Assembly: GCA_002269645.1 (NCBI GenBank)
Contig: NIVC01002239.1
Location: forward strand, 220,325-284,324
DNA: 64,000 nucleotides
Source: Macrostomum lignano
Lineage: Eukaryota
Reading direction: 5' to 3'
Position numbers and translations under genes: made by a program. The notes beneath the pieces were generated by a model. It searched no databases and was not told the DNA's origin. It saw only the letters and a list, made by a program, of their open reading frames with translations. Numbering within the stretch: the stretch's first letter is position 1; every line of letters begins with the position of its first letter. This document shows positions 11,823 through 23,429 of this stretch, one piece after another.

Positions 11823-14436
11823 TCACAGCGGCATCAGGCGGATGCATCTGGGCGTCCAGTTGGTCCTGTCTGCCTCGTGCAGGCCCAGAGTTCGAATCTC
11901 GCTGCGCCGCGCATCGTCCACGAAGCTGCAGGCGCAGAACAGGATGCCGTTGACGGGCAGCCAGGCCAGCGGGCCGGGCAGCAACGCCGGGTCGCGGAAG
12001 TTGCCGACTTTTTCCAGCACGTCCCGGCGCAGCTGGTAGATCTGGATGCAGCGCTCGGCCAGCAGGGACAGGAACAGCAGGCCCAGCTTGTTGCAGGCCG
12101 CCACGTGCTTCGGTCCCCGACGGTAGGTCATTTGCAGGTTCTGGCGCAGCCGGCCGGAGTCGATCTCGATCACCTGGACGGCCTCGTCTGTCTGGGCAAT
12201 CACTGCCAGGTTGCTCAGGGTGCACATCTCCGTTGGCGAGGACAGCGGATGGTAGCCGCTGAACGGGTGCCGACTCCACGGTGTAAGGCGGGGCAGCTCG
12301 TACACCTGGATGAAGTAGTTGCCCTTCTGGTCGTTGCCCGGCTTGCAGGTAGCGATGTAGGCGATCCGCTCGTACACTGCCATGGCCAGGATGGGGAAGC
12401 GGCGCTCGCTCATGGACAAGCGAACTCCGTCCGGCCGAATCACCTAGCGGAGGATTTTATGCGGCCAGTTTAGCCAAACAAACTATTGAGCTAGTTAACT
12501 TTAGATCAGCAAATGCTACGTGTCCTTTACTCTGTGCTCCGTGTCCTGTACTCTCTGTTCTCCGTGTCCTGTACTCTCTGTTCTCCGTGTCCTGTACTCT
12601 CTGTTCTCCGTGTCCTGTACTCTCTGTTCTCTGTGTCATGTACTCAATGCTCCGTGTCCTGTACTCTCTGTTCTCTGTGTCATGTACTCAATGCTCCGTG
12701 TCCTGTACTCTCTGTTCTCCGTGTCCTGTACTCTCTGTTCTCCGTGTCCTGTACTTTGTGCTCCGTGTCCTGTACTTTGTGCTCCGTGTCCTGTACTCTA
12801 TGTTCTCCGTGACCTGTACTCTCTGTTCTCCGTGTCCTGTACTCTCTGTTCTCTGTGTCATGTACTCAATGCTCCGTGTCCTGTACTCTCGGTTCTCCGT
12901 GTCCATTACTCAATGCTACGTGTCCTGTACTCAATACAAACCTGCAAATTGCACGTGGTCGCTACCAGCAGATGTCCGGAGGGCAGCACGCAGGCGGAAC
13001 GGGCCCAGATGCGCCAGTCGAGGCGCCTGCTAGCCGCCAAGTCGTCCCCGGAGAAGGTGACGGAGCGGAAGCAGATGCCTCTGCTCGGCTCCGCGCAGAT
13101 GAGCCGCCGGCCTACGGGGTCAAAGGAGAGAGAGATCACCGGCTCGGGGAGGCGGCAGGCCATCAGCTGCGTCAGCGCCAAAATTGACTTTGGACCTGGC
13201 GGAGGCGGGTTCGGCAGCAGCGGCAACGGCCGAGCCGCTTTGGGAGGCGGAAGCTGCTGGTGGTGCTGCATCGTGAGTTGATGCTCCTGCTGCTTCAGGC
13301 GAGCTCTCTGCTGTTTTGCCTTCGCCGAATCGTCCAGCGGATCCGGCAGGTGCAGGGCCAGTTGCGGCAGGCGCCTCGTGGACTCCAAGTTGCTGCCTGC
13401 GGACAGCGGCTCGTCGGACGGGCGAATTTCCAAGGTTGATAGCTCTTGCTGCTCACCAGCCTGCTGCTCACCAGTTTGCTGCTCACCAGCTTGCTGCTCA
13501 CCAGCTTGCTGCTCACCAGTTGGCTGCTCACCAGCTTGCTGCTCACCAGTTTGCTGCTCACCAGCTTGCTGCTCACCAGCCTGCTGCTCACCAGTTTTCT
13601 GCTCACCAGCTTGCTGCTCACCAGCCTGCTGCTCACCAGCTTGCTGCTCCTGCTCGTCAGATTTCTGCTCCCGCTTATCGATCGGAAGGTGCAGTCGCAA
13701 TGCCACCGCATCGAGACTAGCTTCGTCGTGACCAGGATCCCTTTAGTTCCATCAACACAGTTATCGAACGCTTGATTATTTGAAACTCGCACTGATGCTC
13801 CCTCATCAGTATTATATGCTGCAAATTAGGTTCTAAATTGGTGCAAACACAAACAGCAGCTCACCGCATCGCTGACTGGCGCTGAGAATCCCTGGCGGCT
13901 GCCAGGCTGCTGGAGTTCCGCAGGCTGCAGTCCAGCAGCGTCACAGACGAGGAGTTGTCGCGATCGTCGGCGCCCTCCGTCTCCTCCAGGATCTCCCAGC
14001 CTTCTTCGCCTTCGTCAGCTTCGCGACTGGCCAGCAGCTGCCGGAGACGACGCTGGGCCGCCTCCAGCCGCTGGAGCTGCTGCCGGGCGTCGCGACCCAG
14101 GCCGAGAAGACGCCTTCGCCGGCGAAGTCTATGAAGCAGCCGCATGTACTCGGAGATGTCCAGCTGCTCCAAGCTGCTCTGCCCCTGGCTGCGGTCCGCG
14201 CCAACTGGAGCCGCCGTTGCAGTCTTTGTGCTGGTCATCAGACTCCTTGTAGCCCTAGTCATAGTTTTGGTCCTCATCTGCCCGTTGGCTGGACTCGGTG
14301 GCGACAAATCCAGCATCATCTCGAGCTGAAGCCAGTCATCGCGGGACACCGATGACGCGCTGGAGCCGGACTCAGATTCGTTGAAGTTATCCCTGCTTTT
14401 GTGGACGTCGACTTGAGTGACCACTTCGCAGTCCAT
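11823..14436 (-). CDS. 3-exon protein (~663 aa): coiled coil, EQQAG repeat, Pro-rich linker, C-terminal NHL-like beta-propeller
   Basis: Exons 14436-13865, 13740-12942, 12443-11823 with GT-AG and phases 2,0. Propeller-like blades (ISLSFDPVGRRLICAE; SACVLPSGHLLVAT; PKHVAACNKLGLLFLS; PGPLAWLPVNGILFCA). Start codon uncertain. Confidence 0.75.
12515..12935. repeat. 23-bp minisatellite (gtgtcctgtactctctgttctcc) filling intron 2 of the NHL-like gene
   Basis: Direct tandem copies with 21-23 bp variants; explains the Cys/Pro-rich ORFs listed here. Confidence 0.95.
13448..13650 (-). repeat. Coding 15-bp tandem repeat, 13 x EQ(Q/K/P)(A/T)G
   Basis: Lies inside exon 2 of the NHL-like gene in its open frame. 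Confidence 0.9.
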
Positions 14437-14654
14437 TCTGTCGTGAGCGGCCGCGGTTCCTCCCGCTGAACTCACTTGGTGCGAAAATCAAGGCCTGCGG
14501 CTGGCAGCCTCATCAGCTTCTCTATGGGCCAGGGTCTTCTGCAGAAGCGAACCAGTGCCACAGAGATTAACTCAAGCTGCTATTTTGGAAGCATATTAAA
14601 AGCTTTTTTCCGCAATAAATATGCACATGGTTTTAATTATAGAACTCGTGACAA

Positions 14655-14890
14655 TTCTCACTGACTAGTGTGATTCTCACTGACTAGTGTGACTCTCACT
14701 GACTAGTGTGACTCTCACTGACTAGTGTGATTCTCACTGACTAGCGTGATTCTCACTGACTAGTGTGACTCTCACTGACTAGTGTGATTCTCACTGACTA
14801 GCGTGATTCTCACTGGCTAGTGTGACTCTCACTGACTAGTGTGACTCTCACTGACTAGCGTGATTCTCACTGACTAGTGTGACTCTCACA
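14655..14890. repeat. 19-bp minisatellite (ctcactgactagtgtga(t/c)t), ~12 copies, upstream of the NHL-like gene
   Basis: Direct tandem copies; ACTAGT core with TCAC/GTGA dyad. Confidence 0.95.
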
Positions 14891-16107
14891 GACTGGGCCA
14901 CCTCCATCTTTTCAGATCCTAAATTTCAGGCCCATCGCCACCTTCAGATCCTCTTTATGGGCCCATACTCCACAGAGACCTCAGTTGGACTTTCCAATAG
15001 TATGCTTCAGCTCTCAGCGTCATTTGAAAAGTACAGTCCAGTTTTTATTTTCTAAGAAACCTTGTTTATCGCAGAGCTTATCTCAGTAAAAAACCTTATT
15101 ACCAATACTGTATATTATTATTGATGCATAATGCATAACTAACTAGTACATAGCACCAAACTTTGTATTTGCTTCAGGTCATTATCATTTCGCACTCATT
15201 GATGAGAGCCATCAGCTCCAACTCCAGCATCAACTTCTACATCATCTAGCTTTTTAGCGGTGTGAAAGAGCCTTTACGCTTTTGCACTGTTTTGCGCTGT
15301 GCCGGTCAAGCTTCAAATTAACCAATACGAAACTGCCGCTCAACATTTGAATGCCGGTTGCCGGTGCCCGGTTTATTTACTGAACGGAAAGAGCTACATC
15401 TAGGTCGATAATCTAGTAGTAGTAGATCTAAGCAATATGATAAACTTGATCAGAAGAATTCTAACTGCTAGATGCTAAATAAAAACTACTCGTACTATTA
15501 GTAGTTAAAAAGATAATATTGTAATAATAACCATAAAGAGATACAACCATTGCGAACTATTGTTGTATAAAGCTGGAGCGAATGCGGAATCATAAAAGCT
15601 GGGAGTAAATCATTCGTTATGATTTGTGAACAACCAGAATGAGGGCAAGGACTTCTAGGCTAGAAGGACGCTGCACTCGGCATGCCAGCGGGAGAAGTTG
15701 GTATTATTTAATTTATTAATTTTTCTCGTAAACGCGAGTTTCTTTCCGAACAAACGCCTATAATTCAGCAAATTCTCAAACATCTGCGAGTGCAGCGCCC
15801 TGGGTGCAGTGCAGTCAGCGACATCCTTAGTGGCTCTTGAATTGACTGTGAATAACTATTTGTTGCACTTCACTGCTTGTAAAATGTTAATAATTATAAA
15901 TAGGGTTAAAGCATGTTACCAACACTGATTGCGTGAATGAGACTAGCTAAACGTCTAGCTGAACTTTCTAAAAAGTGCAAAAATTATAGCGAAAATCTGC
16001 CAGCTCTAGGTGGCGAAGTACAGGATGAAAGATGACAAAACTAAAATGAATCCGTGTCTGAATCAGTTCTGCAATCTGATTGCAGAATTTTATCATTGAT
16101 TATCCCT

Positions 16108-16232
16108 GACTCCCAAAGTGGCTCCCCTGACACACAGAGTGGCTCCCCTGACACCCAGGGTGGCTCCCCCTGACACCCAGAGTGGCTCCCTGACACACAG
16201 AGTGGCTCCCTGACACACAGAGTGGCTCCCCC
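16108..16232. repeat. ~21-bp tandem repeat (cagagtggctccctgacaca) downstream of the ATRR-like stop
   Basis: 5-6 direct copies. Confidence 0.85.
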
Positions 16233-16332
16233 TGCACCTGATGCTTCCTCAATCTATTAAATACGCCTTCGAATTCCATCGAGGTACTTTCAGTCCCCAT
16301 ATCGCCTGCAAACAGTAAAAAAGTGCAGCAGC

Positions 16333-19300
16333 TCAAATCGGTGCCTCCCGAGGCTCCACCAGGATCTCGTTGACGCCCACGTGCGGCGGCTGCTGCACAG
16401 CGTACAGAATCGCCCTGGCGACGTCCTCCGGCTCAAGCATGGTGTACTTGCCCTGCCCGCTGAACTCCTTGTGCGCTTCCGAATCCGCGTCGTCCCGGCA
16501 GGCCTGCAGTTGAGCAAAGGAGATGCGGGTCATCGGGGTCGGAGCGGAGAATTGAGATAAGTGGATGGAGTTGAATTTTAGCATTAAAGCCATTCTTTTC
16601 TCTGTGGCGAAAATACAGCAGCGAAATTATCAACACAACCGGCGAGAGGCATTGCTGCCCATTCCGCCGACTCCCCGAGCAGGCACACAAGCGCGCGGAT
16701 ACGTACGCAGTCATACGCGCAGACACACCCTCACACAGGAGTGTACAGCGGCCCTGAGTTTCTAATCTTCAGGCATGTACACTTCACTGTGCCCTGGGGG
16801 TTGGCCCTCAAGGGTGTTAATTCCACGAGTAGAGCCAAGCCGATATTCCAGTTTAGCCCCAAATTAATGTGACCACACTTGGAATCGAGCCCGGGCCGCT
16901 GGCACATCAGAGTGACTGGGGAATTGCGACCGATGAACGCTAATCAAAATACGCTTGTTCAGCACTTCCTAGCTCCCATTGTCCCTTTCGGAAGATAGAA
17001 GCTTCACAAAATAGGAAATTTCATATCAACGAACAATCTACCGAAGAACTCTCTATAGCTTAACAGTAACGTTTATTTGCCATTTCGTGCTTTTGAAGTC
17101 TCGAGCAAATGAAAGGGCCGGAAAGTCTTTTTCGAGCTTGTGAAACGCTCTCTACCGTCCCTCTACAGTCATCACAGTAGGCACTCTGACTCAGCTTGCG
17201 AGGGAAAACCTGCCAGCCAGAATGAGAAGCATTAGAAATCCAGTGCCTCTTGTTCTCAAAACCTGCTCACCTGCAGCGGAGTTCTCACGTCCCCGGGCTG
17301 CACGCAGGTGACGCGAAGGCCTCGACTCGCCACCTCGAGGCGCAGGGCCCTGGAGTAGCCTTCCACGAAGAATTTGGAGCCCGTGTACACGGCCAAGCCC
17401 GGAAACGGAGCCCGACCAGCGTCGCTGCTCAAGTTGACGATGTGGCCGCCACCCCTGTCCAGCATGATGGGCAGCACGGCCTCCACCGTGTGCACCAGGC
17501 CTCGGCAGTTGACGTCGATGGTGCGGTCGGTGAGGTGCGTCAGGCCGCTGAACGCCCTGGTATAGTACATCACCCCGGCGCTGTTCACCAGGATGTCCGG
17601 CTGGCCGAGCAGCGACCGGCAGCGCGCCACGGCGGCCTCGACCTCGGCGCGGGAGGTCACGTCGGCTGGGCAGGCGACCGCCACGCCCTGCGCAGCCAGA
17701 ATGCCTTGGCGCACCTGCTCCAGCTGGTCAGCGCGCCTGGCAACCAGCGCCACCTGGCAGCCGTCTCTAGCCAGGGCCTGCGCTACCGCCTGTGGTTGTT
17801 GGGAAACAGGGACTTTTGTGCATGACTTCGGACAGCAAGCTCACTAGATGCAGGATGTTGTCTTCTTAATGCAACAATTGAAACCTCGGGATTCACATGG
17901 CGGACGGAAATTGTTGAACAATTATTGAGCTTTTCCCATTTAATTCTGAATGCGCTTTGGGACCAGGTGGAAGCTTTTTTACGGAAGAGAAATTATGGAT
18001 AGATTTTAATTCGCTAATGGCGGACATCCAAAATACATTCTACTATACTTCGACGCTTTTAATTGTACAATTCTCTATTGACCTCTCATTCACTTGCAAT
18101 ACAGTGAGGTTCTGTTCGCACCTGTCCGATTCCGCTGCTGGCCCCGGTAACCATGGCAACCTTGCCTAGCAACGCTCCGCCGGAGGTGTTTCTCCTGGCC
18201 CGCGGCAGGAGGCCCCGCTCGGCCAGGCGGGCCACGTACACGGCCAGCAGGCTGGACTCGATGGCCGGATATCCGCTCTCCAAGCCCAGGCTGGGCAGAG
18301 CAGCACGCAGCTGCCTCGAGTCAAAGGTGCTGAGCTGCCCAAAGTACTGGGATCCGCCAGACGGGGCCAGCTCCTCCAACAGGCGCAGCAGCGATGCGAT
18401 TGGCTGGCAGGCCTCAGCTAGTTGCCGCAGCTCCACCAGCCAATCAGCGTAGTCCACGCGGCGCAAGGTATAGCCGCTAACCGACAACCAATCGCAGAGC
18501 AGGTCAAAGCTGATTGGCTGCGGATTAACCAGGTGAAAAATCTTGCCAGCGTGCAGGCTGAGCTGGGCCATGGCGCGCACGATGACCTCGCTGGTAAAGT
18601 CTACCGGAGTGAACTCCAAGCGCCAGTTGAGACGGGGCGCCTGCCCACTGCGTAGCACACCCTGAAAGTCGGTGAGTAGCAAAAAGTGCTTAGTAAGTGT
18701 TCTTTCAGGAACTGCACCAGTACGCACAGCCACTCGGCAAGATAACTATGTCCATTGATACCCCCGTGGGTCCACAGCAGCAACCAACCTGCAGCATGAG
18801 CAGCGTCAGGTCCTGCGGGTTCCAGGCGGCGTTGGCCCGGTCCCCGGCTTGGTTGCCCAGCCGGTACACGATCACCGGCATGCCTCGGGCCCGAGCCTTC
18901 ATGAGCAGCTGCTCGGCCACCCATTTGGTCTGGCTGTATCCGTCGGCGAGTTCTTGAGCGTGGACGCTGGTGTCGGCGTCCTCGCGGCAGTCGGCCAGAC
19001 CGTTCGGAAACACAGCGTCGGTGCTGACATAGTGCACTGGCTTGACGCGGACCGCTGACGCAAACAGGATCACGTTCTGCGTGCCCAGCACGTTCGGTCC
19101 GTACAGAGCCTGTGAATGGTCGGAATTCAGTGCACTTTTTCTGGTTTTGTCGGTCTGTGAGTGACTGCAGAGGGCTAGCAGAGCAACTAGCATGCGCTAA
19201 AACAGCAAATAAGGAGAGTCCCTCACCGTGTACGGGTAAATAAGGTTTACGTAGGCACCAGCGTGAATCACTACGTCGATCTCGCTGCTCAGGAAGGCGT

Positions 19301-22300
19301 AGTCATCCTCTGAGAGGCCGAACTTCACCAGGCTGAGGTCTCCTGCGAATGGCGTCAGTTTTTAACAATGAGAATTGCAGTTTTCTTAGAAAACAGGTCT
19401 TGACTTCGCCAGCTTCGCCCTGATTTGCCGACACCAGGATAGGAGAAACTCTGAGGCTTCTTATATGTCTGAAATTCCCTACAGGTAGGTCGGGTTGCCC
19501 AAAACTCCAATGCGAACTTTGCAACCAGCAGCGCACTCACCCCTAATAACGGTCACCCGGGCTTCAAAAGCAGCCGCAAGGTCCTTTGTTTGATCATCCT
19601 CCTGTCCTTTGGGCCGCAAGATGAGGAACTGCTCTAGGGTAGATCTCAGCCTCCGCTGCAGGCCCCCAGGGTCGCCGCTTCCGGTCTCGCGAACCAAACA
19701 GAAGACTTGCGTTTCGGTGAGGCGCAGCAGGTCGCGCAACAGGAAGGCGCCAAGGAAGCCAGTAGCGCCGGTTAGAAGGACGCGGCCGCGGGACCAGCGC
19801 GACTTGTTGAAGTGCGGGTTGCGCCAGAATGCGCGCAGCTGGATATCCAGGCTGCCGAATGATTTGGCATGTGAGATTGGGTTAGGCACAATACTGACAT
19901 TGTCGCGACTTTCCTATTCATTTCTTAGTTCACCTTCACTTGTCTCTGTTTACTCTGTTTTCTCTCTCTCTCTCTGTCTAGCTCAATCTTGTTATTCTTA
20001 TCTCTCTTTCCCTTACTGCCTTCTGATTGGCTCTCCATTCTCGCCTCTCTCTTCAGTCGCGCACTCCACTCCCTCTCCTTATTATTCTGGGCTCAACCCC
20101 CCAAAGTTAAATGTTCAATAAATATATCGGTTTGGGCCCTGCGCCCACTTACTGGCTCCTTTAGTATTCAATTTAACATCTAATTTAGTTCTAGTGTTTT
20201 TAGTTTTATTTTCTCTACAGGCATAAAACAGGCAGGTAGGCAGATTCCAACGGCTCACTCTGAAGCCTGCGGCTGGTCATGATTGGCCACCTCGGTTTTC
20301 AAATCGAAGGTTCTCGCCTCGGCCTCCGGCGTTTCGTCGGCGGTCCCAGTGCCCCGCGCCGCCGCAGCGTCGATCAGGCGGGCCATCTCCTGCACCGTGG
20401 GGTATTGGAACAGCTCCTTCACGGACAGCTGGCAGCCCAGCTGCTCGTTCACCTTTGAGAGCAGCTTTGTCGCTAGCAGGGAGTGGCTGGAAAACGGCGA
20501 TGGTTTGGCTGCTGTGGACTGGGATTTGCCTGCGAACTTGGGTCTTTCTGCTTTGGAAAATTAAAGCAAACTGAGATCATTTTGCCCTGATCTGTTCAAA
20601 ATACAAATCTTCGAAAAAATGACCTACAGTTGCTATACGAAGTCAGCCTATCTTACCCGCCGTAGTCGAAGAAGCTCTCCTGTATGTCGATCTCCTTGAT
20701 GTCCAGTGTAGCCATCCAGATGGCCGCCAGGCTTTTCTCTGTGGCGGTCTGCGGCAGAAACGAGCAGTCCAGGCTCTCTTGGGCCTTGTCGAAGGGAGGC
20801 AGCGAGGCCTTGTCCAGCTTGCCGATCGCGCTTACGGGCAGGCTACGATGGGTGGGTAGTAAAATTTAATGACATAGGTACTGCACTGCAACTCTGTGGC
20901 TGCTCATGGTTAGCACGTTCATGTGAGCAGGCTTCCTAAGTATTCTACACAGAATCGCACTCAGACAGGGGCTCACTCGGCCAGGAAGACGAAGTAGCTT
21001 GGGATCATGTAGAACGGCAGCTTTCGTTTCAGAGCGGATCGCAGCTGCCTTTTTGTGAGGTCGCCGTTCGATGGAACAACGTACGCCACAAGGAACTTGT
21101 CCTCGCCTTCGCCGCCCTTCACCAGCACCACACAGGCGTTGACGAGCCCACTGTCCAGCAGGGCCACCTCGATCGCCTGAACCTCCACGGAGTAGCCCCG
21201 GATTTTGACCATACTGTCGCAGCGACCGCAGATCTCCAGGCTGCTGTCCGAGAGCAGGTAGCCCCAGTCGCCTGTGCGGTACAGCCGCTCACCCGCCTGG
21301 CTGCCGAGGGCTTTCGGCGCCTGAATGAACTTGCTGCGATTCAGGTCTGGGCGCTTCACGTAGCCTTTGGCCAGGGTTGGCCCGGCCACGTAGATCTGCG
21401 ATCGAGCGGAAATGGGTTTGACAGATATACGAATGCAAGTAGTCAGTCTCGGTTCAGGGTTTTTGTCATTTTTGGTCGAAACTCTATAGTAATATTGAAT
21501 TACCTCTACCGGTCCCCAACTTTTGAACGGAACTCTTACCTCTCCAGCCGCCCCCACCGGCTGCGGATTGAGCGCTTCGTCTAAGATGACCACCTGGACT
21601 CCTGGTAGCAGCCAGCCCACGGGGCAGAACTTGCGTCGTTCCTCCGGTCTGTGCTGAATCCGCTTCAGGTAGTCCGTAAGATCTCTGGCGGCCACGTCGT
21701 GACACTCGGAGATACTGTACAGGTTGATGACGCGGGTGCTGGGCAGCATTGACTGACAGCGCTCCAAGAGGCTTGTGGTAACCACCTCGCCGCAAAGCCA
21801 GATTTGCCTGTAAATGTTTTGGTGTTTCAAAGTCGCTGCCATACAATCTGGGATCATGGAACGGTGTAATGTCTATTCATTATGGAGGTATAGAAACATA
21901 GAAAATTTAGGACAAAATTTTAGTACGAACTTGAGGCTCGCGCAAGCCTCTTGAACTCTTTCCGCCTCCGAATCAAGCACCGTCTCCAGCAATGACGGCG
22001 TGAACAGCATCCGGGTGATGCAGTTTTTCCGCATATACTCCAGCAGCTTTGGTGGATCGTAGATGACATCATCGGGCACCACATAAAGGCATTGACCCTT
22101 CATCAACGGACGCAGCATCTCCCATACAAAGAAAACGTTACAGGCTTCGCGCTCCGGTCCGTTGGACTCGTCATAAGGGTAAGTCACGTGACGCCAGTGG
22201 TAGGAAAAGACAGCACCGCGGTGCGGCATGCCGATGCCTTTCGGCTTGCCGGTGGTGCCGCTGGAGTATACGATGAAGGCGAGGGCGTCCAGATCGATGG

Positions 22301-23150
22301 AGACGGGGACGCAGCTGGTGTCGCATCGCAGCTCATTGAGTTCCTGTTGCCAGTGGTCAGAGAAGACCCACGCAAGGCTGCGCGCTGATTCAGGCAAGCG
22401 CTGTAGCAGGTCGGGCTTTGTCAGCACAGCACGAGGCTCAGCATCGGACAGGACGCTCTCGATTAGCGAGTCGGGGTAGGACAAGTCCATGGGGAGGTAG
22501 GCTCCACCTGCGAATGCGACATGGGCATTTAACAATAGTAACTTCTTTCAGACCTTTCGATGTGTCTGATTTTACACGTACGTCTTCTACACCTACGGTA
22601 GCACAGCAAAGCAAGCTAAAAAACCGTTAAAGGTTTTGCGACAACTATTTTCACTACGTCATATTCCTGCTCGCGACGACGCAGCAGGCTTTGTAAGCTT
22701 GCGCTGCTTGACCCCAGCTGCTTCATGTAGTCTGTCAGTTACACTGAAAAAAACGCTTTCCATATTTGGGCCTGCCTAGACCATCCCACCCTGGTCTTAA
22801 ATCTTTCGTCAGCTTCAACTGATAATGCACTCGCGGTCATCAAATCCGTATGGAGAATAAAAGACGAGTAACTGACCGGCTTTGAGTATGGCAATGTAAG
22901 CCAGCACATACTCGATGCATCTCTCCATGTAAATGATGCCGCAGAGCTCCACATCCAGACCCTTCAGCCGGAGCTCGGCGGCCAGTTTGCTGGACAGTTG
23001 ATCCAGCTCCGCGTAGGTGAGTTGCCGTCCAGCTCCGTCCGAAACGGCGACTCGGTCTGGAGTCAGTTGAGCTTGCCTGCAGAACTGCTCGTGCAGGCTC
23101 CCCGCAGTTTGGTAGGACTCGGCTGCTGCTGCTGCTACTGGCGACGGCAT
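16333..23150 (-). CDS. NRPS-like A-T-R-SDR enzyme (~1309 aa, 12 exons), similar to fungal ATRR glycine betaine reductase
   Basis: Exons 23150-22877, 22507-21931, 21807-21540, 21395-20977, 20842-20657, 20486-20259, 19851-19541, 19342-19227, 19109-18789, 18661-18122, 17789-17271, 16503-16333 (3930 nt, all GT-AG, phases consistent). A domain: YSSGTTGKPKG, ACNVFFVWE, YRTGD, GRCDSMVKIRGYSVE, GKLDK. T domain: FFDYGGHSL. R domain: TGATGFLG, YSQTK. SDR: TGASSGIG, NSAG, YTGSK. Ends VNEILVEPREAPI. Confidence 0.93.
16625..16950 (-). mobile_element. Interspersed repeat, probable tRNA-derived SINE (family B), in ATRR-like intron 11
   Basis: Body 16625-16812 matches the reverse complement of 57262-57460; B-box-like gggctcgattcc (16881-16892) and A-box-like tagcgttcatcgg upstream on the minus strand. 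Confidence 0.6.
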
Positions 23151-23429
23151 GGTTCTTGGGACACGAGATAGTTTTGGCGTCTCCGGGAAAAGAAAGCTTT
23201 GAGCTGACCCGATACTTGGAAAGTGGATAAAGTGGATAGAGATTCTGATTTTATGCTTTGCCTCTAGGGGGCCTTGGAGTTGGGGCAGCAACTTCTGGGC
23301 TGTTGGAAAGCTGTTGGACACGAGGGAAGCGAGGAGAGAAATCCACTGTGGGCGTACTTTCGTCTCAAACTGTACTCAAGTTGCGCACAGTTGAGGGAGT
23401 AAAGCAAGTAGAGAGCTAGAAGGAAGGGA

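Noticed and set aside
13378-13731. Keratin-associated-protein-like CCSPA repeat ORF on the + strand
   Set aside because: Antisense reading of the EQQAG coding repeat; the minus strand has the spliced gene.
17271-19851. Separate SDR and reductase genes
   Set aside because: Exons splice in frame into one ORF with the A and T domains; exon 10 itself joins the R-domain end to TGASSGIG.
16333-23150. Bacterial or fungal contamination as the source of the NRPS-like gene
   Set aside because: Eleven canonical introns, an embedded host SINE-like repeat, and contiguity with metazoan genes.
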